18,501 nt of DNA from an uncultured Gemmatimonadota bacterium (GCA_964626665.1 CAZVGK010000039.1:4818-23318); one strand, 5' to 3'; counted from the first letter of the stretch, positions 1-8,928 are shown. The notes: generated by a model from the letters alone, not told the origin. Made by a program: numbers and translations.

Positions 1-79
1 TCAGCTCCTCCCCCTTCTCCTCCCTCAGCTCCTCCCCCTTCTCCTCCCTCAGCTCCTCCCCCTTCTCCTCCCTCAGCTC
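1..79. repeat. Perfect 24-bp tandem repeat (3 copies plus 7 nt) inside argS, encoding (LREEKGEE)n
   Basis: TCAGCTCCTCCCCCTTCTCCTCCC at 1-24, 25-48 and 49-72, then TCAGCTC at 73-79. Confidence 0.95.
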
Positions 80-694
80 TTGGGCGAGCTCCACCAGATA
101 ATCCCCCTTGTATCCATCAGCAGGGAAAGGGAAGGAGGGGGCGAACAACTGTTCGTATCTGGCCTGGAGGGACTTTCCCAATAGCATCATCTGATTTCCG
201 GCATCGTTGAAGTAATACTCCCTCTCCACCCTGTATCCGGCCCATTGCAGCAGATTGGCTAAAACATCCCCTAAGGCGGCCTGCCGACCATGGCCCACGG
301 TGAGGGGGCCGGTGGGATTTGAGCTGACAAACTCCACCTGCACCCTTTTTCCCTCTCCCAGGTTACATCTCCCGTATTCCTTGCCGCTCTCAAATATCTC
401 CCGCAGGGAGGCCACTATTTCCTTCCGGGATAGAGTGAAGTTGATGAACCCTGGGCCAGCCACCTCAGCCTTTTCAATCTGTTCTGGGGAGTAGCTTAGC
501 TTATTTAGTATCTTCTCTGCTATCCTCCGCGGGTTTTCCCCTATCTGGGAGGCAAGGGAAAAGGCAGTGCTGGTGGTCAGGTCGCCCCAACTGGACTCTC
601 GGGGGCTGGTCAATTCTATATCCTCTCCAATTTCCCAACCACATTCCTCTATGGCTTCCCGCAGCTTATCTTGAAGATATACTTTTATCCTCAT
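1..694 (-). CDS. argS: Arginyl-tRNA synthetase, 5' part (runs off the window start)
   Basis: Manual translation from ATG at 694: MRIKVYLQDKLREAIEE...WGDLTTSTAFSLA...AEVAGPGFINF...VQVEFVSSNPTGPLTVGHGRQAALGDVLANLL...EYYFNDAGNQM...FPADGYKGDYL. These are ArgRS motifs (GPGFIN, NPTGPL-xxGH, YxNDxGxQ). Absent from the ORF track because there is no stop in the window. Confidence 0.96.
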   Translation of the reverse strand, partial: MRIKVYLQDKLREAIEECGWEIGEDIELTSPRESSWGDLTTSTAFSLASQIGENPRRIAEKILNKLSYSPEQIEKAEVAGPGFINFTLSRKEIVASLREIFESGKEYGRCNLGEGKRVQVEFVSSNPTGPLTVGHGRQAALGDVLANLLQWAGYRVEREYYFNDAGNQMMLLGKSLQARYEQLFAPSFPFPADGYKGDYLVELAQELREEKGEELREEKGEELREEKGEEL

Positions 695-1058
695 TCTCCA
701 CTTCCTGGGTGGGGGCGTCCCCCCAGAGCTTCCCCAAAGCATACTTTTCCCTGGTCTCCGGGCGGAATATGTGCGCCACCACATTTATGTAATCCAAAAG
801 AACCCAGCTCAAGGCCTTATAGCCCTCAATATGCCAGACCTTGGTTTGTAACCCCTTTGTCCCCTCCATTATGGCATCAGCTATGGCCTTTATGTGGAGA
901 TCTGAGTCCCCTGAGCAGATGACGAAGAAATCGGTGATATCGGTCAGGCCTCTGAGATCCAGAATCCTTATCTGCTGGGCCTTCTTGGAGAGGGCAAAGG
1001 AGGAGATAGCCCTGGCCAGTTCCTCAGGATTTGGGGCCAAATTGTTCTTCTTCTCCAA
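666..1058 (-). CDS. rsfS: Ribosome silencing factor RsfS (Iojap/YbeB)
   Basis: KKAQQIRILDLRGLTDITDFFVICSGDSDLHIKAIAD...WVLLDYINVVAHIF..TREKYALGKLWGDAP matches the RsfS pattern. Overlaps the argS start; exact start codon (TTG) uncertain. Confidence 0.95.
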   Translation of the reverse strand: MEKKNNLAPNPEELARAISSFALSKKAQQIRILDLRGLTDITDFFVICSGDSDLHIKAIADAIMEGTKGLQTKVWHIEGYKALSWVLLDYINVVAHIFRPETREKYALGKLWGDAPTQEVENEDKSISSR

Positions 1059-1509
1059 CTCGATTAAGCTTTAACTCCTTGTAGTCTTTGCCCAAGATAA
1101 CGGTGAGATCCAATTCCAGGTAGTCGCAGCTTTGTTGGATGATGTTTTCCTCACTCACCCCTAAGAGTTTGGCCAGCTTGCGCGCAGCATCCCTGTTTCC
1201 CACCCTATCCACGACCAAGCTTTCTAAGAGGAGAGGGGTATTCTTCACATCCACCACATCGTATCCCTTAAGGCGCAGGAATTTAGCTGCTTTTGCTGCC
1301 AGGCCATCTACCCCGCACCCATTCAGCACCTGCACCCGAGTCACCGCATGGGAGGTTGCGGGTGGCTTCCGGGGGGAGCGAGTGATAATAGAATAGAGGA
1401 AGAACACCACAACAAGGGAAAAAAAGACTATAGTGACCTCTGAGGGACCTCTTTTTTTAGTGAGAGCACCTCTTTTCCCCTTTTGGGGGGCTACTCTTCT
1501 TTTTGCCAT
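1024..1509 (-). CDS. LytR C-terminal domain membrane protein
   Basis: Basic N-terminus, one TM helix (VTIVFFSLVVVFFLYSII), then VQVLNGCGVDGLAAKAAKFLRLKGYDV...DLTVILGKDY, typical of LytR_C. Confidence 0.88.
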   Translation of the reverse strand: MAKRRVAPQKGKRGALTKKRGPSEVTIVFFSLVVVFFLYSIITRSPRKPPATSHAVTRVQVLNGCGVDGLAAKAAKFLRLKGYDVVDVKNTPLLLESLVVDRVGNRDAARKLAKLLGVSEENIIQQSCDYLELDLTVILGKDYKELKLNRVGEEEQFGPKS

Positions 1510-1559
1510 TGGGAAGTTCTATGCCTGGAAACGAAATTATTTATAACTACGCCGGGTCC

Positions 1560-1755
1560 CTTCTTTCGGACAGGGCTTTAGCCCTGTCCGAAAGAAGCAG
1601 AGAACTCCCGACCACCTACGTCGGTCGGGACAGATTCCGGTATATACCTACGGGTTGATAAGGGAAAACCTTTGAATAACGAATTCGTCACCGGTTTGCT
1701 GTGCCATCAGGGCTCCGCCCTGACGGAGATTAATCTCGAATGCGGCTCTGCCGCT
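1560..1755. repeat. Cluster of REP-like palindromes
   Basis: Perfect 17-bp inverted repeat CTTCTTTCGGACAGGGC-TTTA-GCCCTGTCCGAAAGAAG (1560-1597); TCCCGACC/GGTCGGGA (1606-1630); TCAGGGC-TCC-GCCCTGA (~1707-1723); GCGGC-TCT-GCCGC (~1742-1754). Confidence 0.65.
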
Positions 1756-1771
1756 GCCCTCGAGGAGAACC

Positions 1772-2191
1772 CTATCTTTCTCCCCGGAAAGGGGGAGCAG
1801 CCCAGGGGCTTCTGCTTATGTTTATCTGCAGATTAAAGTATGGGTTGGGCCTGTAGTCAATCCCTAAATGGGAGAGAAAGAATCCCCTCCGCAGATCTCC
1901 CCTCAGAGGGCGATGGAGGTAACCCAAATCCATACTTAGGATTAAGGGCTCAGCCAGCTTATATCTGATAGAGTTTTGGTAAAGGGCAAAGTTCCTGGAG
2001 CCCTTCCCTGTGGAGAAGTAGAGACCATAAGATTGGGTAAGGGAGAGCCTCTGCGGATCGAGGAGGCTAAAGCCTTTACTGCCTTGCTCCCTTAGGTTAA
2101 ACGAGCTTTTCCCTCCCTCCCCAGCCCCTGCTCTGCTGGCCACAAAAAGGAGACCAATTATCGCCAGGCCAATGAGTTGTTTTCTGAACAT
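1772..2191 (-). CDS. Secreted/outer-membrane-like hypothetical protein
   Basis: GGAGGAGG RBS upstream; signal peptide MFRKQLIGLAIIGLLFVASRAGA; alternating beta-strand pattern (LSLTQSYGLYFS, LYQNSIRYKL, LGIDYRP..FNLQINIS). Confidence 0.8.
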   Translation of the reverse strand: MFRKQLIGLAIIGLLFVASRAGAGEGGKSSFNLREQGSKGFSLLDPQRLSLTQSYGLYFSTGKGSRNFALYQNSIRYKLAEPLILSMDLGYLHRPLRGDLRRGFFLSHLGIDYRPNPYFNLQINISRSPWAAPPFRGER

Positions 2192-2221
2192 TGCTACCTC
2201 CTCCCTTTACGAAAACCTATC

Positions 2222-2396
2222 AGAATGCCCCGTTCCCAGAACGGGGATGAATGACATCTTTATAGTTCCCTCTCCCCTGGTGGGAGAGGGTTAGGGTGAG
2301 GGGGGAAATCGGAGCCAATTCTCACCCTCTCCTTAGTCCTCCCCCATCAAGGGGGAGGAGGAGTATTTTTGATGCCTTACTCTGTGGGCAGGGGGG
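2222..2396. mobile_element. Putative MITE/REP composite: IS200/IS605-end-like hairpins enclosing an inverted pair of GC-rich REP-like units
   Basis: ATG-CCCCGTTC-CCA-GAACGGGG-ATGAATG (hairpin 2228-2246); CCCTCTCCC-CTGGT-GGGAGAGGG-TTAGGGTGAGGGGG (2268-2305); inverted relative CTCACCCT...TCCTCCCCC-ATCAA-GGGGGAGGA (2321-2359); degenerate ATGCC...GGGCAGGGGGG (2372-2396). No transposase in the window. Confidence 0.45.
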
Positions 2397-4307
2397 TTAT
2401 TCCTTTTTTAAAAGAACCTTGCCATATTTTTCCCCCACAACTTCTTCTTTGATTGAGTATAACCGGTGGTAGTCCTCAATGGAGAGGATCGCCTCAGCAA
2501 GGTTGATCTCTAACCTATAGGAGAGGGAAGATCCGTCTCCCTCTATTTTTTGGTAGCTGATCTTTCCCAGGCCCCCAGGCAGTTCCCTCTGGAAGCTCCC
2601 CGGAGCTAAAACAACCCGATATCCCCTGGGCAGTATCACCTTAAAGTCCACGGTCGTCCTCTCCTTCTCCCCGTGAAAATAGGGGTTATACCTCTTCTTG
2701 GTGGATAGCTGGACAAAATCCCGCAAGTTCTCGGTTATGGGCTTGCTTAGGTCAAAGTAGAGGAAGTCGCCGTCAGCAATCCCGTAGTGGGGGACCTTAC
2801 AGCTAAAGGCTTCGATGAACTTGCTGGGTGACTCCTTGGTTTGGAGGCCGCTAATGGGGACTGCGCTCCGCGATATATGGTCAAGCTTCTTCTGGGCATA
2901 CTGCTGCAATTTCTGCGGCGATAGTTCCTGGTGCATCTTTTTCACCTGAGCGTAATCCATCCCATAGTGCGTATCTCTCTTTACCAGGTAGGCATCGCCA
3001 TTGGCGATTAACTGTAGCTCAGTCTGGATATTTTTCCCATTGCGCAAGCTATCGGCAATGGAGACCGGGATGGCCGAGAGGCTATCCCCATTAACCAGGT
3101 AACTGAGGTCCCCATCCAGATCTCGGTTAATCGCTAAGGGGCCATACTGGCCGTCCTTGAGCATAGGGTCGAGGTATAACTCCTGGTTGCCCAGATTCAC
3201 AGCCACCAGGGGTCGGGAGATAGCGGAGAAGGACTGTGCCTTGAGATCCTCTTGGTAAAGCTGCAACCTTCTGTTGCCTAACAAGAAACAGAAACGGGGC
3301 TTCATCCCTGCGGACTGGAGAAGCCCATAGAGAAGGATTGCCTTGTCATAGCCGTCCCCGTAACCATCCCGCAAGCTTGTGGCCGCATCGCTCAGGTAGC
3401 CTCCGATGATTGAGATCCCTCCTAAAGGGATGGAGTTCACCTGGCCAGCGACGAAGTCATAAAGCCTCTTTAGCTTCAGGTAATCATTAGAGCCATTGCC
3501 AATAATCTGCGTCTCTTTCTTCCTTAGCTCCGGAGTGACCTGGGCCCTCTCCACCATTTTGCGGTTAAGGTCGGAGAGGAACCCCTTTAGGTCCGGGATA
3601 TTGCTGTAGTAGAGGGTGGGGGCCAACTGGGTCAAGGGAGGTAGATCCCTCTCCTCGGCTATCCCCTTTTGATTCACCGCAGTCCACTCATATCTAATCC
3701 GGCTACCCTCTGTGTCCTGCGCAAAATCTACCCCAGCAGGTTGGTTGAAATGAAAGCTAACCCCCTGCGGCACTTCAATAGTTACCACCTTCTTCAGTAG
3801 CGGATCATGGAATTGAAAGCATTCTGCGCCATAGAAAGGGAAATGGGCATTACATCTTACCTCATAGTTTATCTCCACCACATCTCCCACATCCACAGAG
3901 GGGAAGGAGACTACCATAATGCCCACTGCGGGGTATCTTGGTCCCTTGGTGGTCGAGGGATCATCCATATCGTTGATCTCCTCCTTCCTCACCACCTCTA
4001 TGGAACCGTTGGCGTTTATCGTCTGGGCATTTTTTATCTTCACCCCTTTAAATTTTCGGGCATAGGTTATCCGATACTCGCCAAACTGGTTTCTCCCCTT
4101 CTGGTTAAGGATCTTCCTGATTATATGGATGGAGGATGTGTAGCTTCCATCGTCGTTGAGCACCCAATAGTGCTCCGAAAGGGCAATGACCGAGTTCGCC
4201 CGGGGGTGGGTCTCCCTACCGGGGATCTGGGAGTAGTCATAGGCGAAGAGATTTGCCCAGACAAGGCAGAAGAAGAGAACCAAGGGCACATAGAATTTCC
4301 TATTCAT
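2397..4307 (-). CDS. DUF3857 + transglutaminase-like domain protein, secreted, catalytic Cys absent
   Basis: Signal peptide; DUF3857-type N-terminus (IIRKILNQKGRNQFGE...VSFPSVDVGDVVEINY); transglutaminase-like helix reads GYGDGYDKAILLYGLL, followed by YLDP. Confidence 0.85.
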   Translation of the reverse strand: MNRKFYVPLVLFFCLVWANLFAYDYSQIPGRETHPRANSVIALSEHYWVLNDDGSYTSSIHIIRKILNQKGRNQFGEYRITYARKFKGVKIKNAQTINANGSIEVVRKEEINDMDDPSTTKGPRYPAVGIMVVSFPSVDVGDVVEINYEVRCNAHFPFYGAECFQFHDPLLKKVVTIEVPQGVSFHFNQPAGVDFAQDTEGSRIRYEWTAVNQKGIAEERDLPPLTQLAPTLYYSNIPDLKGFLSDLNRKMVERAQVTPELRKKETQIIGNGSNDYLKLKRLYDFVAGQVNSIPLGGISIIGGYLSDAATSLRDGYGDGYDKAILLYGLLQSAGMKPRFCFLLGNRRLQLYQEDLKAQSFSAISRPLVAVNLGNQELYLDPMLKDGQYGPLAINRDLDGDLSYLVNGDSLSAIPVSIADSLRNGKNIQTELQLIANGDAYLVKRDTHYGMDYAQVKKMHQELSPQKLQQYAQKKLDHISRSAVPISGLQTKESPSKFIEAFSCKVPHYGIADGDFLYFDLSKPITENLRDFVQLSTKKRYNPYFHGEKERTTVDFKVILPRGYRVVLAPGSFQRELPGGLGKISYQKIEGDGSSLSYRLEINLAEAILSIEDYHRLYSIKEEVVGEKYGKVLLKKE

Positions 4308-4317
4308 CGTTCACCTC

Positions 4318-6282
4318 TCACTTTTTAATTATGATCATCTTCTTGTCGGCGATCTCCCCTCGCTGGGTGCAATCCTTGAGCTGCAGGTACTCCTCAGGGG
4401 TAAATTCCACTTTGTTGAGGGAAAACTCCCTACTGATGAGCAGACTCCGCTGCCCATCCTTTTGGAAGCGATAGCGCAACTGGTAACCGGCCTTGTCCAC
4501 TAATGGGTTCTGCGGCAAGATGAGCTCCCCATAATCTGCGGCCAGCTTAATCCTGACCTCATCCTGCGAGGAGACAGTGAAGCGGGTTTTGAAATCGAAG
4601 TTGCGTTTCTTCAAGGCCATTTCTCCTAAGATGTATCTCATCAATCCGAAATCTGTGGAGATATAATCGATGGGGAACAGCGCATAGTTGGCATTCTCAA
4701 TTAACGGCTCCTTCAAGGTGAACTTCAGCTTCAATTGGAGGTTCTCTCCCATCTGGGTCATTAGGTTGGTGGGTAAGAGCTCAAAGGTGTCTACCTCGGC
4801 CGTGCTGTTGAACCTCTTTACCATCCTGTGGATGTAGTTTTCAATATCCTTTGGGGACTGGCGGATAAAAAAGCCCCGATAGACCTCATCCCAGATGCCG
4901 GTAAACTCGATTTTGGCCTCTCCTTTGGCCTCTCCGCCCACGATCTCCAGATTGGTCACCGTCTTCAGCAGGTTGTCCTTGGCCGGCCTTACTGGCGTTA
5001 GCTTCAGGGGTTCGCCATACTTGGAGCTCACCAGGTAGCTGCAGTCCCTCTCCCAGTCCGGCAGATACTCCTTAGCCGTTTCGCTTGTTGCGTCATAGAG
5101 GGTATAATGGCCACTGGACTCCCTGATGGCCGTAATGGCATGGTTGAAATAGGGCAAGGGGACCTCCTCATCCCTCTTTGCTCCCGCATAGATCAACACT
5201 GGATAGGCTTCCTCACCAAGCAACCGGAACATCCCAGCCAGCAGGACGGCTTTATCCCGACAGACGCCATGCCTCCTCTCAAAGGTCTCAGTTATGTTAT
5301 GGGGCTCATAGCCGGGGGCCTCCTTCTCCGTGGTTATCCCCATATACCTGACCTTTTGGGAGGCAAAACGGAAGATTCTGTCGATCCTCTCCTCTCTGGT
5401 TTGGGCATCATCAGTTAACTCCTTGACCTTCTTGATCATCCCCTCGGAGGCGCTCATATGCGGTTCTGTGAGGTTATAATACCATTTGGAGACCGCTGGC
5501 CAATCCTCAAATGTGGAGACCAAAACCCGCGTTCCCACCCTGGTTACGGTGGGCATCTTCGGCTCCTCGATAAGCTGAGGCATATCCTTGGCCACCCAGG
5601 TATAGTAGATCTTGTCGCCTTTTTTCACCATATCCTTTGAGACCCTATCAGCATCTCTCCCTTTCACTATAGTCTTCCTCAACGGGAGGTCTGCCGGGGC
5701 CACCGCCTCATATCTGTAATGGAGAATTGGCTGGAACTCCTGAAAAAGACAGAGGTCGCAGAAGTTATTGGCCAATCTGGTGTGGAAGCAAATTCGGGAA
5801 ACCCGATAATGGACGAGATCTCCCACCTCCAGGTCAGGGATATTGACTGTAACCAACCTGTTGTTTGGATTGTAGATGTTCATACTCATCTGAGAGGGAT
5901 TCACCTGATCCTTGAGGTTCTTGTCTATCTCCACCGGGACGATGCGGCCATCGGATTTAATCACCTCTATGGCCTCGATGTTTTGTTTAGTGAGTGCCCG
6001 GTCATAGTAGCCCTTGAATACCGAGCTCTCCCTTCTCCCCTTCTCCGTGAGCACCTTAACATAGTAATCGTCTTCGTTGATATAAGTTCCATCCTCGTTG
6101 TATTTTACCCGTTGATAGTCATCCACTAAAACCGTGTGGGCATTGGGATATTTGGCCCGGGAGATCGCCTGTGCCCTCTCAATTATCGCATCCCTATTGA
6201 GAAGTAGCTCATAGCCAAAACAGAGAGGGGCAAGGGAGATGGAAAAGAGGAGAAAAAATAGGGTTGCCCTCTTCAAATTCAC
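4318..6282 (-). CDS. DUF3857 + transglutaminase-like cysteine protease domain protein, secreted
   Basis: Likely GTG start at 6282 with AGGAGG RBS (ORF track extends it to 6315). Signal peptide; IPDLEVGDLVHY; triad motifs GVCRDKA (Cys), FNHAIT (His), LYDAT (Asp). Confidence 0.9.
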   Translation of the reverse strand: MNLKRATLFFLLFSISLAPLCFGYELLLNRDAIIERAQAISRAKYPNAHTVLVDDYQRVKYNEDGTYINEDDYYVKVLTEKGRRESSVFKGYYDRALTKQNIEAIEVIKSDGRIVPVEIDKNLKDQVNPSQMSMNIYNPNNRLVTVNIPDLEVGDLVHYRVSRICFHTRLANNFCDLCLFQEFQPILHYRYEAVAPADLPLRKTIVKGRDADRVSKDMVKKGDKIYYTWVAKDMPQLIEEPKMPTVTRVGTRVLVSTFEDWPAVSKWYYNLTEPHMSASEGMIKKVKELTDDAQTREERIDRIFRFASQKVRYMGITTEKEAPGYEPHNITETFERRHGVCRDKAVLLAGMFRLLGEEAYPVLIYAGAKRDEEVPLPYFNHAITAIRESSGHYTLYDATSETAKEYLPDWERDCSYLVSSKYGEPLKLTPVRPAKDNLLKTVTNLEIVGGEAKGEAKIEFTGIWDEVYRGFFIRQSPKDIENYIHRMVKRFNSTAEVDTFELLPTNLMTQMGENLQLKLKFTLKEPLIENANYALFPIDYISTDFGLMRYILGEMALKKRNFDFKTRFTVSSQDEVRIKLAADYGELILPQNPLVDKAGYQLRYRFQKDGQRSLLISREFSLNKVEFTPEEYLQLKDCTQRGEIADKKMIIIKK

Positions 6283-6364
6283 CGATTCCTCCTTTCGTAA
6301 GGTTTTTTTAAGCATCTTTTACCGAAACCCATCTACTCCTAAAAATATTTCTGTTGTTGAGCGG

Positions 6365-6493
6365 TCAGATCCCTGATCTGAGGGTGCGTGACAGAAGAGG
6401 ACTTCTGCCGCCTTCTAAGGGCCCTCGGCTAAAGCCGGGTTGGAGGTTTCGTGGTTCTTCCTTAGCTCTTTGTGGATTTTATCATCCACAAAG
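6365..6493. repeat. Intergenic palindromes (REP-like, or RNA-stabilising/terminator hairpin)
   Basis: TCAGATC-CCT-GATCTGA (6365-6381); CGGCT-AA-AGCCG (~6426-6437); 10-bp stem CTTTGTGGAT-TTTATC-ATCCACAAAG (6468-6493). Confidence 0.5.
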
Positions 6494-6539
6494 GGAGGAC
6501 CTTCCGTCAGGGCAGGAGTCCTACCAGCACATCTCAAGC

Positions 6540-8612
6540 TTACTCAACCACAAATTCGCTCGCCCATCTTTGCAGTTTGGGTCCCTGGCGCCTGGCCAAT
6601 AGCTCCTGCCACTTTTCATCCGTGAGCCTGTCCTTCATCGGCTGTTTGAACTCGTAGTAGGAGAAGGCCCCTCCCTTGGTCAGGGTAAGCTTTCCCTCCA
6701 CTGGGGCGATGAGGTAGATGATGGATGGATTCCCCACCCCCTCTTCCAATACCTGCTGGGAGTTGACATCGGTGTGCACATCGGCCACTACGGCCATCCT
6801 TTGGTCGGTGCCGGATGTTATTTTTTTCATTAACTCTGGGGAGAATCTGGTAATCCCCTCCAGCTTGGACCCTATTTCCCAGATCAGCCTGTATTCCTCA
6901 TCTCCCAAAGCCTCTCCTTGCAGCTCCTTGCGGGAGATGCTCGTCAGGGAGCTCAATAGCTCCTCGAATTGCTGGAGTTTCCCGCGCGGCCCCGTGGAGA
7001 GCAGCCCCTGGCTGTTTAGCCCCTCTCTAAGCTGGGTGATCAGAGCCTTTATCCGGTCATAGAGCTGGGGATAGGGTTCGACATATCCCTTAGTGAGCCT
7101 TGGGCGAGGTGGCAAACCAGTGGCCATCATTGTATAGCTCTGCTTAGCATAGAGAATGGTGTCATGCCTCAGTTCGGCCCAGGAACCGAGAGCGGTGTTC
7201 AGCTCCTTAAGGACCCAGGCCTTGCTCCCCATAAAGGAAGGATAGCCGTTATGCTTTCTCCCTACCAGCCATCTCAGACAGGAGAACCAGCTCCAATAGA
7301 GGTTTTCCTCCCAGGTCTTCTTATCAAGTTCGGTAAATTCTTCCCTCAGTTTCTCAAGCATCTGGTCATAGTTGCGATAATTAGTATCCCCTTCCTTTCT
7401 CAGGATCTTCAGAGCCTGCTTGCTTCCTAAAACTGCCAGCACATCCAGCCCGCGGGGGAAACATCTCTGGGGGCCCATTATTGTCTGTTCCATAGTGAAA
7501 GGATGACCATTACCGGTATACCCGATCACCTTGTTGTATACCAGGTTCTGAAGGATATAGGAGTCGGGGATGAATCTCTGTCCCATAAACCGGAAACCCT
7601 GAGTGAGCTGCGCAGCCCCTTTCCTGGCGGCCTCTACATCCTCCACAAGGGTGGAGACGATTTTGGGTTTCCTCAGCTCTTTGGCCTTTTTGATAAAACC
7701 ATCGAGCCTTGTGGTGTCAGCGAGGGCCTCAATAGAGAACTTATCACCATAGACATCTTTGATTAGCTTAGTGTAGTCATCGATATCGAGGTCGTCTGTT
7801 TTGCCTACAAAGAAAACGGTAGGACGATAGATCCTCTCCCAGCTTTTCTTTGCCGCATCGTTCTCATTGAAGAGAGTGCAGATGAGGATCGCCTGCCTGG
7901 TGAGAGACCTCCCCTTCTTCTTTACATCCACTTTCCCGGCAAACATCCCTTCCCCTGGTTCAAGCCAGAAGCAGACTCTCCCATACCACATCATCGCCCG
8001 GAAGTAATGTTCAAACACCTCTGAACGGGTGTAATGGCCGCGGGGGAGATATTGGCTGTAGTCCTCAAGGTAGCCGAAGATGGGAGAAGGAGCAAACCCC
8101 CTATGCTGGGAGATTAGCACCAGCTCTTTCTCCACCTGGGGGAGGATGGCTGGAGGAATCTCCGCCTCCAACCCCAAGAGCCTGGCAGCTACCCCAAAGA
8201 AGCCCACATTTGCTAGGGCGGCCTCCCTCACCTTTCCCCCCCTGGCCTGCTCATACTGGTTCAGAGAGCCCCTGAACATAGCCTCGGTCAGCCCCTGGAG
8301 CTCATCGTTGAGCTTCTCTACCTCCACGGCCCTCAGCATATAGTCAAAGAGGATGTGGGAAGTATGTAGCAGGAGATCTGAGGTAACCAATATTGGCTCC
8401 CCTCTTTGTTTAGCATCCTTATAGATTTGAAAGATCTCCTCTTTTTCACTGTGAACGACGGTGAACCCCTCCTCGGTTAGCTTCGCTTTGGCCGCGGCGG
8501 AGAGCCGGAAGGAATCGATGTTACTCACCTTACCCAGATCCCAGCTCCCAGAATTGGCCAGAGAGAGGGTGGGGATAAGCAAAAATGAAAATAGAAGAAC
8601 TAACTCCCTCAT
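6540..8612 (-). CDS. DUF3160 domain secreted protein
   Basis: Signal peptide; EDYSQYLPRGHYTRSE..YFRAMMWYGR, FRFMGQRFIPDS, ELNTALGSWAELRHDTILYAKQSY, GYVEPYP, VVADVHT, GGAFSYYEF..RLTDEKW are DUF3160 motifs. Confidence 0.92.
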   Translation of the reverse strand: MRELVLLFSFLLIPTLSLANSGSWDLGKVSNIDSFRLSAAAKAKLTEEGFTVVHSEKEEIFQIYKDAKQRGEPILVTSDLLLHTSHILFDYMLRAVEVEKLNDELQGLTEAMFRGSLNQYEQARGGKVREAALANVGFFGVAARLLGLEAEIPPAILPQVEKELVLISQHRGFAPSPIFGYLEDYSQYLPRGHYTRSEVFEHYFRAMMWYGRVCFWLEPGEGMFAGKVDVKKKGRSLTRQAILICTLFNENDAAKKSWERIYRPTVFFVGKTDDLDIDDYTKLIKDVYGDKFSIEALADTTRLDGFIKKAKELRKPKIVSTLVEDVEAARKGAAQLTQGFRFMGQRFIPDSYILQNLVYNKVIGYTGNGHPFTMEQTIMGPQRCFPRGLDVLAVLGSKQALKILRKEGDTNYRNYDQMLEKLREEFTELDKKTWEENLYWSWFSCLRWLVGRKHNGYPSFMGSKAWVLKELNTALGSWAELRHDTILYAKQSYTMMATGLPPRPRLTKGYVEPYPQLYDRIKALITQLREGLNSQGLLSTGPRGKLQQFEELLSSLTSISRKELQGEALGDEEYRLIWEIGSKLEGITRFSPELMKKITSGTDQRMAVVADVHTDVNSQQVLEEGVGNPSIIYLIAPVEGKLTLTKGGAFSYYEFKQPMKDRLTDEKWQELLARRQGPKLQRWASEFVVE

Positions 8613-8928
8613 TTTGTGTCCTTTTTAAAATGTTTCTTGATCCTCTCAGGGGAGGCAAGAAACCCCCTCATTGAGACATTTTCTTTGGGTTAAGAGTAAC
8701 TCCATGGCGAATTGGAGACTTTGCGCCCCCGATGAGGACAAAACCTCGGCAACTGTCATTAGTTGAATGGTAGAGGAAATGGTCAAAGAAGAAAATTTGG
8801 GGAAATTAAGTGAATCGAAGGGAGATAAGCTCCCTCTCCATAAAGGAAGTCTTAAGATCTGTGCTTTCCGGATTTAAACCTATCCTTTGTTGCGCAAATT
8901 AGCAGGCCTTCCCTTTGTGATTGGGTCA

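Noticed and set aside
160-200. Possible frameshift in argS after NDAGNQM
   Set aside because: Re-reading shows a continuous frame (GNQMMLLGKSLQARYEQLF).
288-305. ArgRS HIGH motif reads TVGH
   Set aside because: HIGH-motif variants occur among ArgRS enzymes and the surrounding motifs are intact; not evidence of inactivation.
255-8343. Plus-strand ORFs of 60-173 aa overlapping the minus-strand genes
   Set aside because: Mostly antisense shadows of well-supported genes, with no recognisable motifs.
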